Below, in pieces: positions 48,801 to 59,600 of a DNA stretch of 64,000 nucleotides. A program made the translations under genes and the position numbers. The DNA comes from Nemertoderma westbladi (lineage: Eukaryota; Animalia; Xenacoelomorpha): positions 1-64,000 of the forward strand of contig JAUCBJ010003424.1 of the NCBI GenBank assembly GCA_032718475.1. The letters run 5' to 3'. The notes under the pieces are model-generated. The model worked only from the letters and a program-made list of their open reading frames with translations. It searched no databases and was not told the DNA's origin. Each line of letters opens with the position of its first letter. Position 1 is the stretch's first letter.

Positions 48801-51170
48801 TGGAGACTATCAAATCAAATAAATCGACATATTCTCACTAGGACTACCTCGACACAATCCTCCACATGGAGACTATCAAATCAAATAAATCGACATATTC
48901 TCACTAGGACTACCTCGACACAATCTACATGGAGACTATCAAATCAAATAAATCGACATATTCTCCCTAGGACTACCTCGACACAATCCTCTACATGGAG
49001 ACTATCAAATAAAATAAATCGACATATTCTCACTAGGACTACCTCGACACAATCCTCCACATGGAGACTATCAAATAAAATAAATCGACATATTCTCACT
49101 AGGACTACCTCGACACAATCCTCCACATGGAGACTATCAAATCAAATAAATCGACATATTCTCACTAGGACTACCTCGACACAATCCTCCACATGGAGAC
49201 TATCAAATCAAATAAATCGACATATTCTCACTAGGACTACATCGACACAATCTACATGGAGACTATCAAATCAAATAAATCGACATATTCTCCCTAGGAC
49301 TACCTCGACACAATCCTCTACATGGAGACTATCAAATAAAATAAATCGACATATTCTCACTAGGACTACCTCGACACAATCCTCTACATGGAGACTATCA
49401 AATCAAATAAATCGACATATTCTCACTAGGACTACCTCGACACAATCCTCTACATAGAGACTATCAAATCAAAGAAATCGACATATTCTCACTAGGACTA
49501 CCTCGACACAATCCTCTACATGGAGACTATCAAATCAAATAAATCGACATATTCTCACTAGGACTACCTCGACACAATCCTCCACATGGAGACTATCAAA
49601 TCAAATAAATCGACATATTCTCACTAGGACTACCTCGACACAATCCTCTACATGGAGACTATCAAATCAAAGAAATCGACATATTCTCACTAGGACTACC
49701 TCGACACAATCCTCTACATGGAGACTATCAAATCAATTAAATCGACATATTCTCACTAGGACTACCTCGACACAATCCTCTACATAGAGACTATCAAATC
49801 AAATAAATCGACATATTCTCACTAGGACTACCTCGACACAATCCTCTACATGGATACCATCAAATCAAATAAATCGACATATTCTCACTAGGACTACCTC
49901 GACACAATCCTCTACATGGAGACTATCAAATCAAATAAATCGACATATTCTCACTAGGACTACCTCGATACAATCCTCTACATGAGACTATCAAATCAAA
50001 TAAATCGACATATTCTCACTAGGACTACCTCGACACAATCCTCTACATGGAGACTATCAAATCAAAGAAATCGACATATTCTCACTAGGACTACCTCGAC
50101 ACAATCCTCTACATGGAGACTATCAAATCAATTAAATCGACATATTCTCACTAGGACTACCTCGACACAATCCTCCACATGGAGACTATCAAATCAAATA
50201 AATCGACATATTCTCACTAGGACTACATCGACACAATCTACATGGAGACTATCAAATCAAATAAATCGACATATTCTCCCTAGGACTACCTCGACACAAT
50301 CCTCTACATGGAGACTATCAAATAAAATAAATCGACATATTCTCACTAGGACTACCTCGACACAATCCTCTACATGGAGACTATCAAATCAAATAAATCG
50401 ACATATTCTCACTAGGACTACCTCGACACAATCCTCTACATAGAGACTATCAAATCAAAGAAATCGACATATTCTCACTAGGACTACCTCGACACAATCC
50501 TCTACATGGAGACTATCAAATCAAATAAATCGACATATTCTCACTAGGACTACCTCGACACAATCCTCCACATGGAGACTATCAAATCAAATAAATCGAC
50601 ATATTCTCACTAGGACTACCTCGACACAATCCTCTACATGGAGACTATCAAATCAAAGAAATCGACATATTCTCACTAGGACTACCTCGACACAATCCTC
50701 TACATGGAGACTATCAAATCAATTAAATCGACATATTCTCACTAGGACTACCTCGACACAATCCTCTACATAGAGACTATCAAATCAAATAAATCGACAT
50801 ATTCTCACTAGGACTACCTCGACACAATCCTCTACATGGATACCATCAAATCAAATAAATCGACATATTCTCACTAGGACTACCTCGACACAATCCTCTA
50901 CATGGAGACTATCAAATCAAATAAATCGACATATTCTCACTAGGACTACCTCGATACAATCCTCTACATGAGACTATCAAATCAAATAAATCGACATATT
51001 CTCACTAGGACTACCTCGACACAATCCTCTACATGGAGACTATCAAATCAAAGAAATCGACATATTCTCACTAGGACTACCTCGACACAATCCTCTACAT
51101 GGAGACTATCAAATCAATTAAATCGACATATTCTCACTAGGACTACCTCGACACAATCCTCTACATAGAG
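27849..51170. repeat. Satellite array, 66-bp monomer, ~350 copies, 23.3 kb
   Basis: Consensus TGGAGACTATCAAATCAAATAAATCGACATATTCTCACTAGGACTACCTCGACACAATCCTCTACA repeated head to tail with no spacers. Small-indel variants (63, 65, 67 bp) and recurrent SNP variants occur. Confidence 0.99.
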
Positions 51171-51296
51171 TATAGAATTATATTCCCTAAATGCCGTGGA
51201 TTTTCAAAATTTTATTTTATTCGAATTAACTTTGTAAAGATTGCTTTGAGTTCTCATTCGTATTGGTTCTATCTATTGTGCACCTATCGGTCAAGT

Positions 51297-51383
51297 GGTT
51301 CAGTAGCTCAGTCGGTAGAGCGTTGGAAATTATATGTGTAGTAGGTATCGAGTTCGAATCCTAGTAAGTGCGAATTATTTTTT
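51297..51383 (+). pseudogene. tRNA-like Pol III promoter unit (SINE head or tRNA pseudogene)
   Basis: A box TAGCTCAGTCGGTAGAGCG, B box GTTCGAATCC and a downstream T6 run. The anticodon and acceptor stems do not pair. Confidence 0.65.
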
Positions 51384-51432
51384 GTGCAGAATTTCAACTC
51401 ATTTAAATTAACCGCTACAAATTAATTGCATT

Positions 51433-51762
51433 TGTCTGTACCAATGAGACTGTAGTTATTTGATTGTAACCAATGTCGTGCAAGTTATATATTAGCTGGA
51501 CCAATAGCTATCTTTAAAACCTTGTTAGAACCCATAGAACAATCGAGAATTTTCTCGATTGATTGCGGCACAAATTTGGTATATAAAGGTGCGATTCGTT
51601 CATTAGTTATCAATCACATTCTATCTATCATTCAATCAATCTCTCTGTCGTGCTTAGTTTATTCTCAGATTACATTGTATTATAATTGTGTCTTCTGTAA
51701 TAAAGTCAGAATATTCTCTCAGCTTTTCTATCTGTTTTACTATGAATTCACTACGGTGAACA
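51433..51762 (+). promoter_or_regulatory. Putative 5' LTR of element B (CCAAT boxes, TATA, poly(A) signal)
   Basis: Begins TGT. CCAAT at 51441, 51470 and 51501, TATATAAA at ~51580, AATAAA at ~51699, and ends ...GAACA. Boundaries cannot be confirmed without the 3' LTR. Confidence 0.55.
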
Positions 51763-53635
51763 AACTCAGGGACAGGATGGCCGGCTAGAGATCGGGCCGC
51801 AGCAATGAACGGGAACATCACGGGAATGTAGACGAGAGACAACCCGCAATACCATTTAGAGTTATTCGCCCATCGCCTGAAAGGTTAGACAGCGTTCGAT
51901 CCTTGCTACCTAAGTATAAGACCAAAAGATCAAAAGGTAGACGTAGTGACACGCTGTAAGCCCAAAATTACATCATAGGGACTGTACTGTCTTGATTCAG
52001 GAAAACCCACAGTAGACCTTCACTTTCCTACGGGGGGGGAGGGAGAGAGAGCAGATACTAGTACGCAGATAGGACGTAGGCACACCGGTACAAGGCATAC
52101 ACATTGGTTAGGGTGCAGCAAACTGTACGCTTAACTCTTGCTAAGTACAGGTGTGTGTGCGACTATTTGCAGTACGACAGTGTCCATTACATCAGAACTT
52201 GTAGGCTAGGGGGGTTGCTGTGTTTTCACCTGAATTGGGATTGTACCGTTCAGGCGGTAGGGCAGTTTACGCTAGGCGCAAATAAATTGAGGCTATCAGG
52301 GATACTAACATCTACCGTGTCCCCGCCAACGCCCTAATAGGAAGTTACCCGGACTACCTGGGTGACTAAAATTCTAGATAGGAGCCAGGATAGCTATTAG
52401 TACCCGTACGCCTACAGTAGTAAACTAACACATCTCTTCTTAGTATCAGGGACCTGGTACCTAAAATTGCCGAATTCTGGGCGTAGTATTAACCTTATGC
52501 CTGAATTTGAGTCCTGGAAATACGCAAGAGGGGAAGGAACCTTATCATTCGTGAGTATTGGACCTACAAGTTACAAAATTAGAATATTCGTAAATGCACA
52601 CCGTACCCAGTAATTATATATGTGAAGGAGCAAAACTGTTTTGACCGTTCAGAATTAACACACGCGCGTTAGAAATTATTTACACCTCGAAATATATAAA
52701 ATTAACTTTGTCCGTACTGTGCTTTGCCCGCTAGTTAGACATCTCCAAATCTCTGCCTGTACCTAGCTAGCGTCTCTTTGCCCAACCATATAAATCACAC
52801 CGCGGCAAAGTATACGAGCCCCTTAGTCCGTCAGTGAGTCAGCCTGATTTTAGGATTCGCTGCGCGGGATTTGTTTTATCGAAGTTTGTCTGCTCGTAGA
52901 CTGTTTTCTGCCTCACCGGTTATAAGAGATCGATACTGCAATATATTCGTTTACTTAGAGTTTACTGTTTTGGTGAGAAGGTCGGATTTATGATTTGATT
53001 TACAAACTTTACAGTAGGATATTGCAGGTATTGTTACCGTCTCTTCCAATAGTAGGAATGTGTTTTACTGAACTACGGTTCAGTAGGACTAAAGTTATTT
53101 AAAAATTTTGTATTTTGAGGTAAAATTTGTATTTGATTAGCTAAGCGCTGATTTTTGAAATAAAATTTGATTTGAACCGCGTGTAAAAATATTTTTTGGA
53201 ATTGAATACCGGTGTTTAAAAGGGTTTAAATACCATATTGTACCGGTACAAAATTTTCGTAAAGTAAAACCTAACTCTTTTGTTTTTTCAGGATTCAGAA
53301 CTCATTTCTAGACTGTAACGGGAGCAAGACCGTGTTTAGCAAGTTTGGGAGATAGATAACTCAACAACTTTGGTTGGGAAAATCGCGTTTCGTCCGCAAC
53401 GTTAAAAACGGAAAGGTTCACGTTCGGTTTGTATCTGGGAATCTGTTTTTCTGGAGAATTATTGGAGTGGGTGAGTTCGAAAAGTTGCATAAATAAGTTA
53501 GGCATTACCGTATTTAGTTAAAATTATTGTGGGTTCCACTGTCTCAAGTATTTATGCATTCCGTATGATTTCTTTGTTCATTGCTGAATTAGTCCGTATT
53601 ATTGTATTTAATTTACCTTTTGATAACGCATATCG

Positions 53636-53780
53636 TTATCCGATTTATTTGTTATAAAATTGGCCGCTAGGCTAATTTTATTATATACTTATTCCGTGAC
53701 ATTTATTTGCTGTAAAATTGGCCGTTTAGGCTAATTTTATCCATCTGCTATAAAATCGGCCGGTAGGCTAATTTTATAAG
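53636..53780. repeat. Three diverged short tandem copies just upstream of the element B gag start
   Basis: TAAAATTGGCCG..TAGGCTAATTTTA at ~53655, ~53713 and ~53750. Confidence 0.7.
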
Positions 53781-53859
53781 ACTGTAATTAGTACCGTTTA
53801 GATAAATACGGTAAACTCGATACTTTGACACTCACTTTACTTGACTTACAACTACCGAA

Positions 53860-56241
53860 ATGAGTGACAAACAAGACTATACGAAGAATACACAAACCGA
53901 CTATGACTCATGCGACGGAGATAAGTCAGCAGCGGAAGAACAACAGGGGAAGACTCGCGAGCCTACCGAACCTACACCGTGTGCGTCACCAGTACATCCA
54001 ACGGGAGTACCGGATGCCGTAGTACGAGGCGACGGCAGGACCGAGGACTTTCTAACTGTTCCGCAACCTAGATACAGGGAAACGGAAATGGTAAGTTCAG
54101 CAGGAAGTACAGAAAGTGTGGTTAGAAGCGTCGGAGGTTACATGGCGCATATTACCAGGAGTATTGGAGAAGGCCAACGCATATTAGACGGGTTGACCGC
54201 TCCGATGTCTCGATTCGAGTTCTACACCCTCCAGGTTAGAGTACAGAGTAAAGTATATAAGTCCGTAGATAATCTAGTTGGCCTACAAGATCTAGCTAGA
54301 CAGAGACAGGACATGGATACTCAACTTAGAATCCTCGAGAAACTAATGATCACTAGAGAGAAACTGATTCAGTTTAAGTCGACGATTAGACAGATACAAC
54401 AGGAACAAGCGGACCAGTTGTTAGGTGAGTCAGTTTCGGACGAATTATTACAACCCGAGGAAGAACAGGAACTGTACCGACTGGATGGACAATTAAAACA
54501 CCTGACGGACCACTTACGTATGTGCGGCGAAGACGTCGGAGATTGGGAAACCGTGCCGGAATATACGAAGGAAACTTCACCCGTACGAATCGAATCGGCA
54601 CCGGGAATACTGGACCAATCGTTGGTAAGTATTCGTAGTGAAATCTGCGAGGGAAGTATAGTCACGTCAGAAGTTGCTCGACAACAGCAAGAATTCCACC
54701 GACAACGACAAGAAATGGAAGAACAAGCTCAACTTCTAGTGATGCAGGCAGCAGTAGAGGAAGAGAAGCTACGCGTTGCGAATATAGCAAGAATCTCTCA
54801 TCTACAGGAACAAGCTGAATTAGAAGCAGCCGAAGTAGAAAGGTTAGAAGTAGACATTGCCCGACAAGCGGCAGCGGCAGCGGCCGAGGTAGAGCGACGA
54901 GCGGCAGCGGCCGAATTAGAGCGACAAAACGCAGCGGCCGAGTTGGAGCGACAAACGGCAGCGGCAGCGGCCGAGGTAGAGCGACGAGCGGCAGCGGCCG
55001 AGTTGGAGCGACAAACGGCAGCGGCAGAATTACAACGAGAAAGGTTAGTTTCGGAAGCGCGGGCCGAAATGAAAACACGGCAAATAAAAGCTCAATCCGC
55101 TATACGACAAGCGGAGTTTGAGGCGCAACGACAACAAACGGAACAACGAGAGAAGACAGTGAAACTTCATTTCGAACTCGAGAAGAAGGCGAGAGAATTA
55201 GCGAACGCCGAGGAAGATTTGGATCAAAAGGCCCGCGATAGATCGATGAGATCTCGTGACGGACATGATTTGGACCAGTTAGAGGTAAGACATCGCCAAA
55301 TTCAGGAACGGAAGAAGGAAGGAAGCGTAGGAGCACCCGGACGGGAACGACAATTAGTAAAAGACGTGTGTCAACGATTCCCACAGGTAACTCATATGTT
55401 TGCACCGGTTACGACTAAGGAACCTGTTTCGATTGCGGGTAGTAGTGATATTTCTCCTATCCATGGTGCGACGGAACACAGGTTTGTTATTCCGGACGAG
55501 TTTATACCGCCAAGAGCAACGTCGTCGCCCATTCCGAAAGTCAAGGTAAGTAACCCACCGATTACGGATCGTAGTAGTTTATTGACCGGACCTGCGCTAC
55601 TGACGACAAAACAGGTGAGTCCACCGTCGACACCTAAACCCGTTACACACTACGCTTACCCAATGACGTTTCGACCAACAAGGCCTTTGGATTCAAATGC
55701 TGTCATTCGCCCACCGAACCAGTTTACATCGCAATCTACGACTTCGAGGAAGACTTGTGAGCCTACCGAACAACGGAGAACAGTGGAGACGCGACCATTC
55801 AACCATTTTACATCGCAATCTACGACTTCGAGGAAGACTTGTGAGCCTACCGAACAACGGAGAACAGTGGAGACGCGACCATTCAACCAGTTTACATCGC
55901 AATCTACGACTTCGAGGAAGACTTGTGAGCCTACCGAACAACGGAGAACAGTGGAGACGCGACCATTCAACCATTTTACATCGCAATCTACGACTTCGAG
56001 GAAGACTTGTGAGCCTACCGAACAACGGAGAACAGTGGAGACGCGACCATTCAACCAGTTTACATCGCAATCTACGACTTCGAGGAAGACTTGTGAGCCT
56101 ACCGAACAACGGAGAACAGTGGACGATGTTCCGAAACGAAATGTTAGAATTCGTACGACGCAACGGACGCGAGCACGTCGACCACCATATCCGGATGATA
56201 GTAGTACTTCGAGCGAATCGGATTACCCGAAACGCGAATGA
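53860..56241 (+). CDS. gag: Element B Gag, N-terminal part (coiled coil, AAAE repeats, 28-aa repeats)
   Basis: 793-aa ATG ORF with the same architecture as the N-half of element A Gag (MSD start, Ala/Glu/Arg coiled coil, Pro/Thr-rich region). It continues by +1 shifts into ~56240-56612 and then the pol frame. Confidence 0.85.
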   Translation: MSDKQDYTKNTQTDYDSCDGDKSAAEEQQGKTREPTEPTPCASPVHPTGVPDAVVRGDGRTEDFLTVPQPRYRETEMVSSAGSTESVVRSVGGYMAHITRSIGEGQRILDGLTAPMSRFEFYTLQVRVQSKVYKSVDNLVGLQDLARQRQDMDTQLRILEKLMITREKLIQFKSTIRQIQQEQADQLLGESVSDELLQPEEEQELYRLDGQLKHLTDHLRMCGEDVGDWETVPEYTKETSPVRIESAPGILDQSLVSIRSEICEGSIVTSEVARQQQEFHRQRQEMEEQAQLLVMQAAVEEEKLRVANIARISHLQEQAELEAAEVERLEVDIARQAAAAAAEVERRAAAAELERQNAAAELERQTAAAAAEVERRAAAAELERQTAAAELQRERLVSEARAEMKTRQIKAQSAIRQAEFEAQRQQTEQREKTVKLHFELEKKARELANAEEDLDQKARDRSMRSRDGHDLDQLEVRHRQIQERKKEGSVGAPGRERQLVKDVCQRFPQVTHMFAPVTTKEPVSIAGSSDISPIHGATEHRFVIPDEFIPPRATSSPIPKVKVSNPPITDRSSLLTGPALLTTKQVSPPSTPKPVTHYAYPMTFRPTRPLDSNAVIRPPNQFTSQSTTSRKTCEPTEQRRTVETRPFNHFTSQSTTSRKTCEPTEQRRTVETRPFNQFTSQSTTSRKTCEPTEQRRTVETRPFNHFTSQSTTSRKTCEPTEQRRTVETRPFNQFTSQSTTSRKTCEPTEQRRTVDDVPKRNVRIRTTQRTRARRPPYPDDSSTSSESDYPKRE
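55717..56122 (+). repeat. 84-bp coding tandem repeat (~4.8 copies) within gag
   Basis: N(Q/H)FTSQSTTSRKTCEPTEQRRTVETRPF units start at 55717, 55801, 55885, 55969 and 56053. CAG and CAT alternate, giving a 168-bp dimer period. Confidence 0.95.
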
Positions 56242-56612
56242 ATATAAACGCGAGCGTTCAGACAACTCCTTTGCAGATAATCCTCCACAGAATACACCAA
56301 CACAGAAGGCGTTACAACCAACGGACGCAATTAGTACACAACAGTTCGCCGACATTCTGCGACCAGTTGTCAATAAGTTGGCTCAGATCGAGGAACGTCT
56401 GGAGGAAGGTTACACCGACAGTTCGAGAAATTCCGAATTCGAACACAATAGACACCCGAAGGGACCACAAAGACCGGTACCTTCAAACCCCACATCGTAT
56501 CAGGGAAAAGCGCCAAGAAGGGAGAACATCAACCAGACTACCAACCAAGGACGCGAAACTCTGAACGTTGCCGAGGAGATAGCGAAATTCGCAGCCAGAC
56601 AGGGATTGCCCT
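56240..56612 (+). CDS. gag: Element B Gag, middle segment between two +1 frame breaks
   Basis: EYKRERSDNSF...AEEIAKFAARQGLP is the 3' part of ORF 55697-56641. It leads into the Gag core as element A's FTRQMARTEARQAVKV does. Confidence 0.7.
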
Positions 56613-59600
56613 GTACAACAACCACCGAAGTTCTCCGGTAGCTCAAAACACTGGCATACCTTCGTAGACTATATCGAATCCCAGATCGCCGTGTGCGCCT
56701 TTACATCACGGGAGAAGTTCAATTACCTGCTCCAAACGTTGTCAGGAGAACCTAAACGTTTGGCGGAGACTTTCGTCGGTGTACCGGACGCTTTCGAACT
56801 AGCGTACGATCGTTTGACTTCGATATACGGAGGTACAGTGAGCATGGCCAGGTCAGTAATAGAGGAACTCTGTAAGGGAGGGGCTATCACTAAACCCGTC
56901 GACTTACTAAAACTAGCTGACGAGATCAAGAACGCTATCACTACCTTAAGATCAATTGGACAACTTGATTACGGGAATACCCCTACAGTCCTATTAAAGA
57001 TAATAGGACGACTCCACCATCGACTTCGTCGGGAGTGGAGGAAGGTCGAATACCAGCGAGAGGAGCGAGGAGGATTCCTAAAATTAGAAGATGTGTACCT
57101 TTTAATATCCAGGGAGGCGGTAGTAGAAACTCGATCTAACTACACCGACCAGCACATCGTGGCAGAAGGGATCACATTGCCATCCTCCAACCGACAAAAA
57201 CCCCAGACAACATCCACTAAGACGGCCACTTACACCACACCGACGGAATTACGACAATTCTCGGACGGTAGTAGGGTATCTGCGCCCATTGGGACAAAAC
57301 AGACGAGACAGCAACTCAGCACCGACTTCAACAGCTACCAATACTGCGAGCATCCAGGTAAGCGGTATATTGGTCACAAGTTACGAGGTTGTCGACAATT
57401 TCGCGAGTTGAACTCGGAAGAACGACGGCTGCAAATACGGCCACTGGACTCTTGTTGGCGATGTACGCGACACGGACACGTGCGCAAGGATTGCCCAAAT
57501 ACCGACACTTGTCCATCCTGTGGACGCAACCATGACGGTCTGCTCCACACAGACAGCCACACGCCGACGAAACGCTTCGCCAGGGAACACCCGGAAGCAG
57601 CAGCGAGATGTGATGCGGCTTACCGAAAACGAGAATCGAAAACGACTCCAACCTTCGTGACCCATATTGAGGATTGCTTCTCAGAACAATCCGGATCGTC
57701 GGACGAAGAATCAGAAGACGACGACGAATATTCCAATGGAGACGAACAACCGTCGATCGCGCTCCTGACTACTGATCAACTGAAGGGATTCAGTGTAATC
57801 CCGATTAAGGTTACTGGCACAAAGGGGAGCAAGAGGATCTATGCGATTCTAGATTCAGCCTCATCCCATAGCTACGTGGACGAAAAGATAGCTGACGTCG
57901 TGACGGATCTAAAACAAGGTAAGCACGTCAGTTATACAGTAAGTAGTATGCACGGACAGCGTGCAATACCAGTGACACGAGTTAAGTTGGACTTAGACTC
58001 TCTTCTTCCAAAATCGCAGCACAGCGAGAGGGAGAGGTCTTTGTTGCCCTTTAGAGATCTAACCTTTGCGGCCACGAAGGACTTTAGTAACCTACTAGGT
58101 CCAGTGCCGGAACAATCTCTAGAGGACCGTAAGTATTTCAGACACCTTGGTGTACCCGAATGTCCTGTCAATTATAGATCGGTAGCAATGCTGATCGGGA
58201 CGGACCAATTCAACCTACATCAGGTGTGGGAAACCAGACCATCGGCAGTTGTAGCGGGAAACGCATACGCCTGCAGAACGCCGATAGGGTGGTATACTCG
58301 AGCGCCTGTGCGCACACTAGACGTAAGTGACGAGGAAGACGATGTACAGAGTACATGTAGTTTATTAACTACAAATTCGATTCATTCCTTTTCACACGAC
58401 GTGAACCATACTACACTACAGTCGACAAAACACGACAGACGTGTAACTAGTATGATAAGTCACAAGGAGCAGCTAACCCACAAGGTGAGTTTAGAACTTG
58501 GGGAGAAGACGAGTCAGCTGGAGATTCCATCGACGACAGATGATAGGCTTGCGAGTCTACCTACCCCAATAACCTCAACAGTGCCAGTCGATATCGATGA
58601 TGACGCGTTGAGAAATCATCAGTTGGAACAAGCCGCCTTGGACAAGGAATTAACGGAGAAGACTATCAGGTGGTTAGAACAAGATACAGCTGAACCTGGT
58701 AGCTACGAACCTTGTATGTCGGAACAGGAGAAACAATCTCTGAAGATCATGGAAGATACTATCCGCCAGACGAAAGACGGACATTATGAGGTAGGTATGT
58801 TATGGCGTAGCCAAAGTCCTAAACTTATAAACAACTACCCACTGGCTTTAAGACGTCTACACTCAATACGGCAACGTCTATTAAAGGACGAGAAAGCCCA
58901 TCTGCAGTACAACACTCAGATGGAGACGTATTTGACGAAGGGATACGCTATCCGAATGACTAACCCGGAGCGAGTGACCGACCAAACGTATTACTTGCCA
59001 CATCACTACGTGAGACACCCCGACAAACCAGACAAAGTACGTGTAGTCAATGACTGTGCGGCTCTGTTTGAGGGAATGTCCCTCAATAGTGAGTTGATGG
59101 ATGGACCGAACATGAATAATTATCTTATGGGGGTGATTATGCGCTTCCGTCAGCGTCAAGTAGCCTTTACTTGCGACGTTGAAGCGATGTTTCACCAAGT
59201 AAAAGCGTTAGAGCGAGACAGAGACAGTTTGTGGTTCCTCTGGTACCCGGAAGGAGATTTAAGTCTACCACCGGCGACTTACCAAATGCAAGTTCGCGTT
59301 TTCGGTGCCAGAGACAGCCCAAATTGTACGATGTACGCCCTAAAGCAGGCCGCTAGGGATCAGAAACATCTATATGACCCAGAGATAATTAGAATTGTGG
59401 AGCGTGACTTTTACGTTGATGACGGATTACAGAGTTGCGACACAGTAGAACGTGCTACAACAGTAGCACATCAATTACGGGACTGCTTGGCGGGCGGAGG
59501 TTTTAACCTCACCAAATTCGCCTCAAACAGTGCCGAATTAGTAGACTCATTCGGAACTACTGAGCGTGGAGGTGGTGACATAGACCTAGAGTTCGAACCA

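Noticed and set aside
27849-51170. CRISPR array or repeat-protein gene (ORFs of RLSNQINRHILTRTTSTQSSTW)
   Set aside because: There are no unique spacers and no cas genes, and the context is eukaryotic. The ORFs arise because 66 is a multiple of 3. Their ATGs come from 1-bp deletions, and the frame is repeatedly broken by TAG variants and indels.
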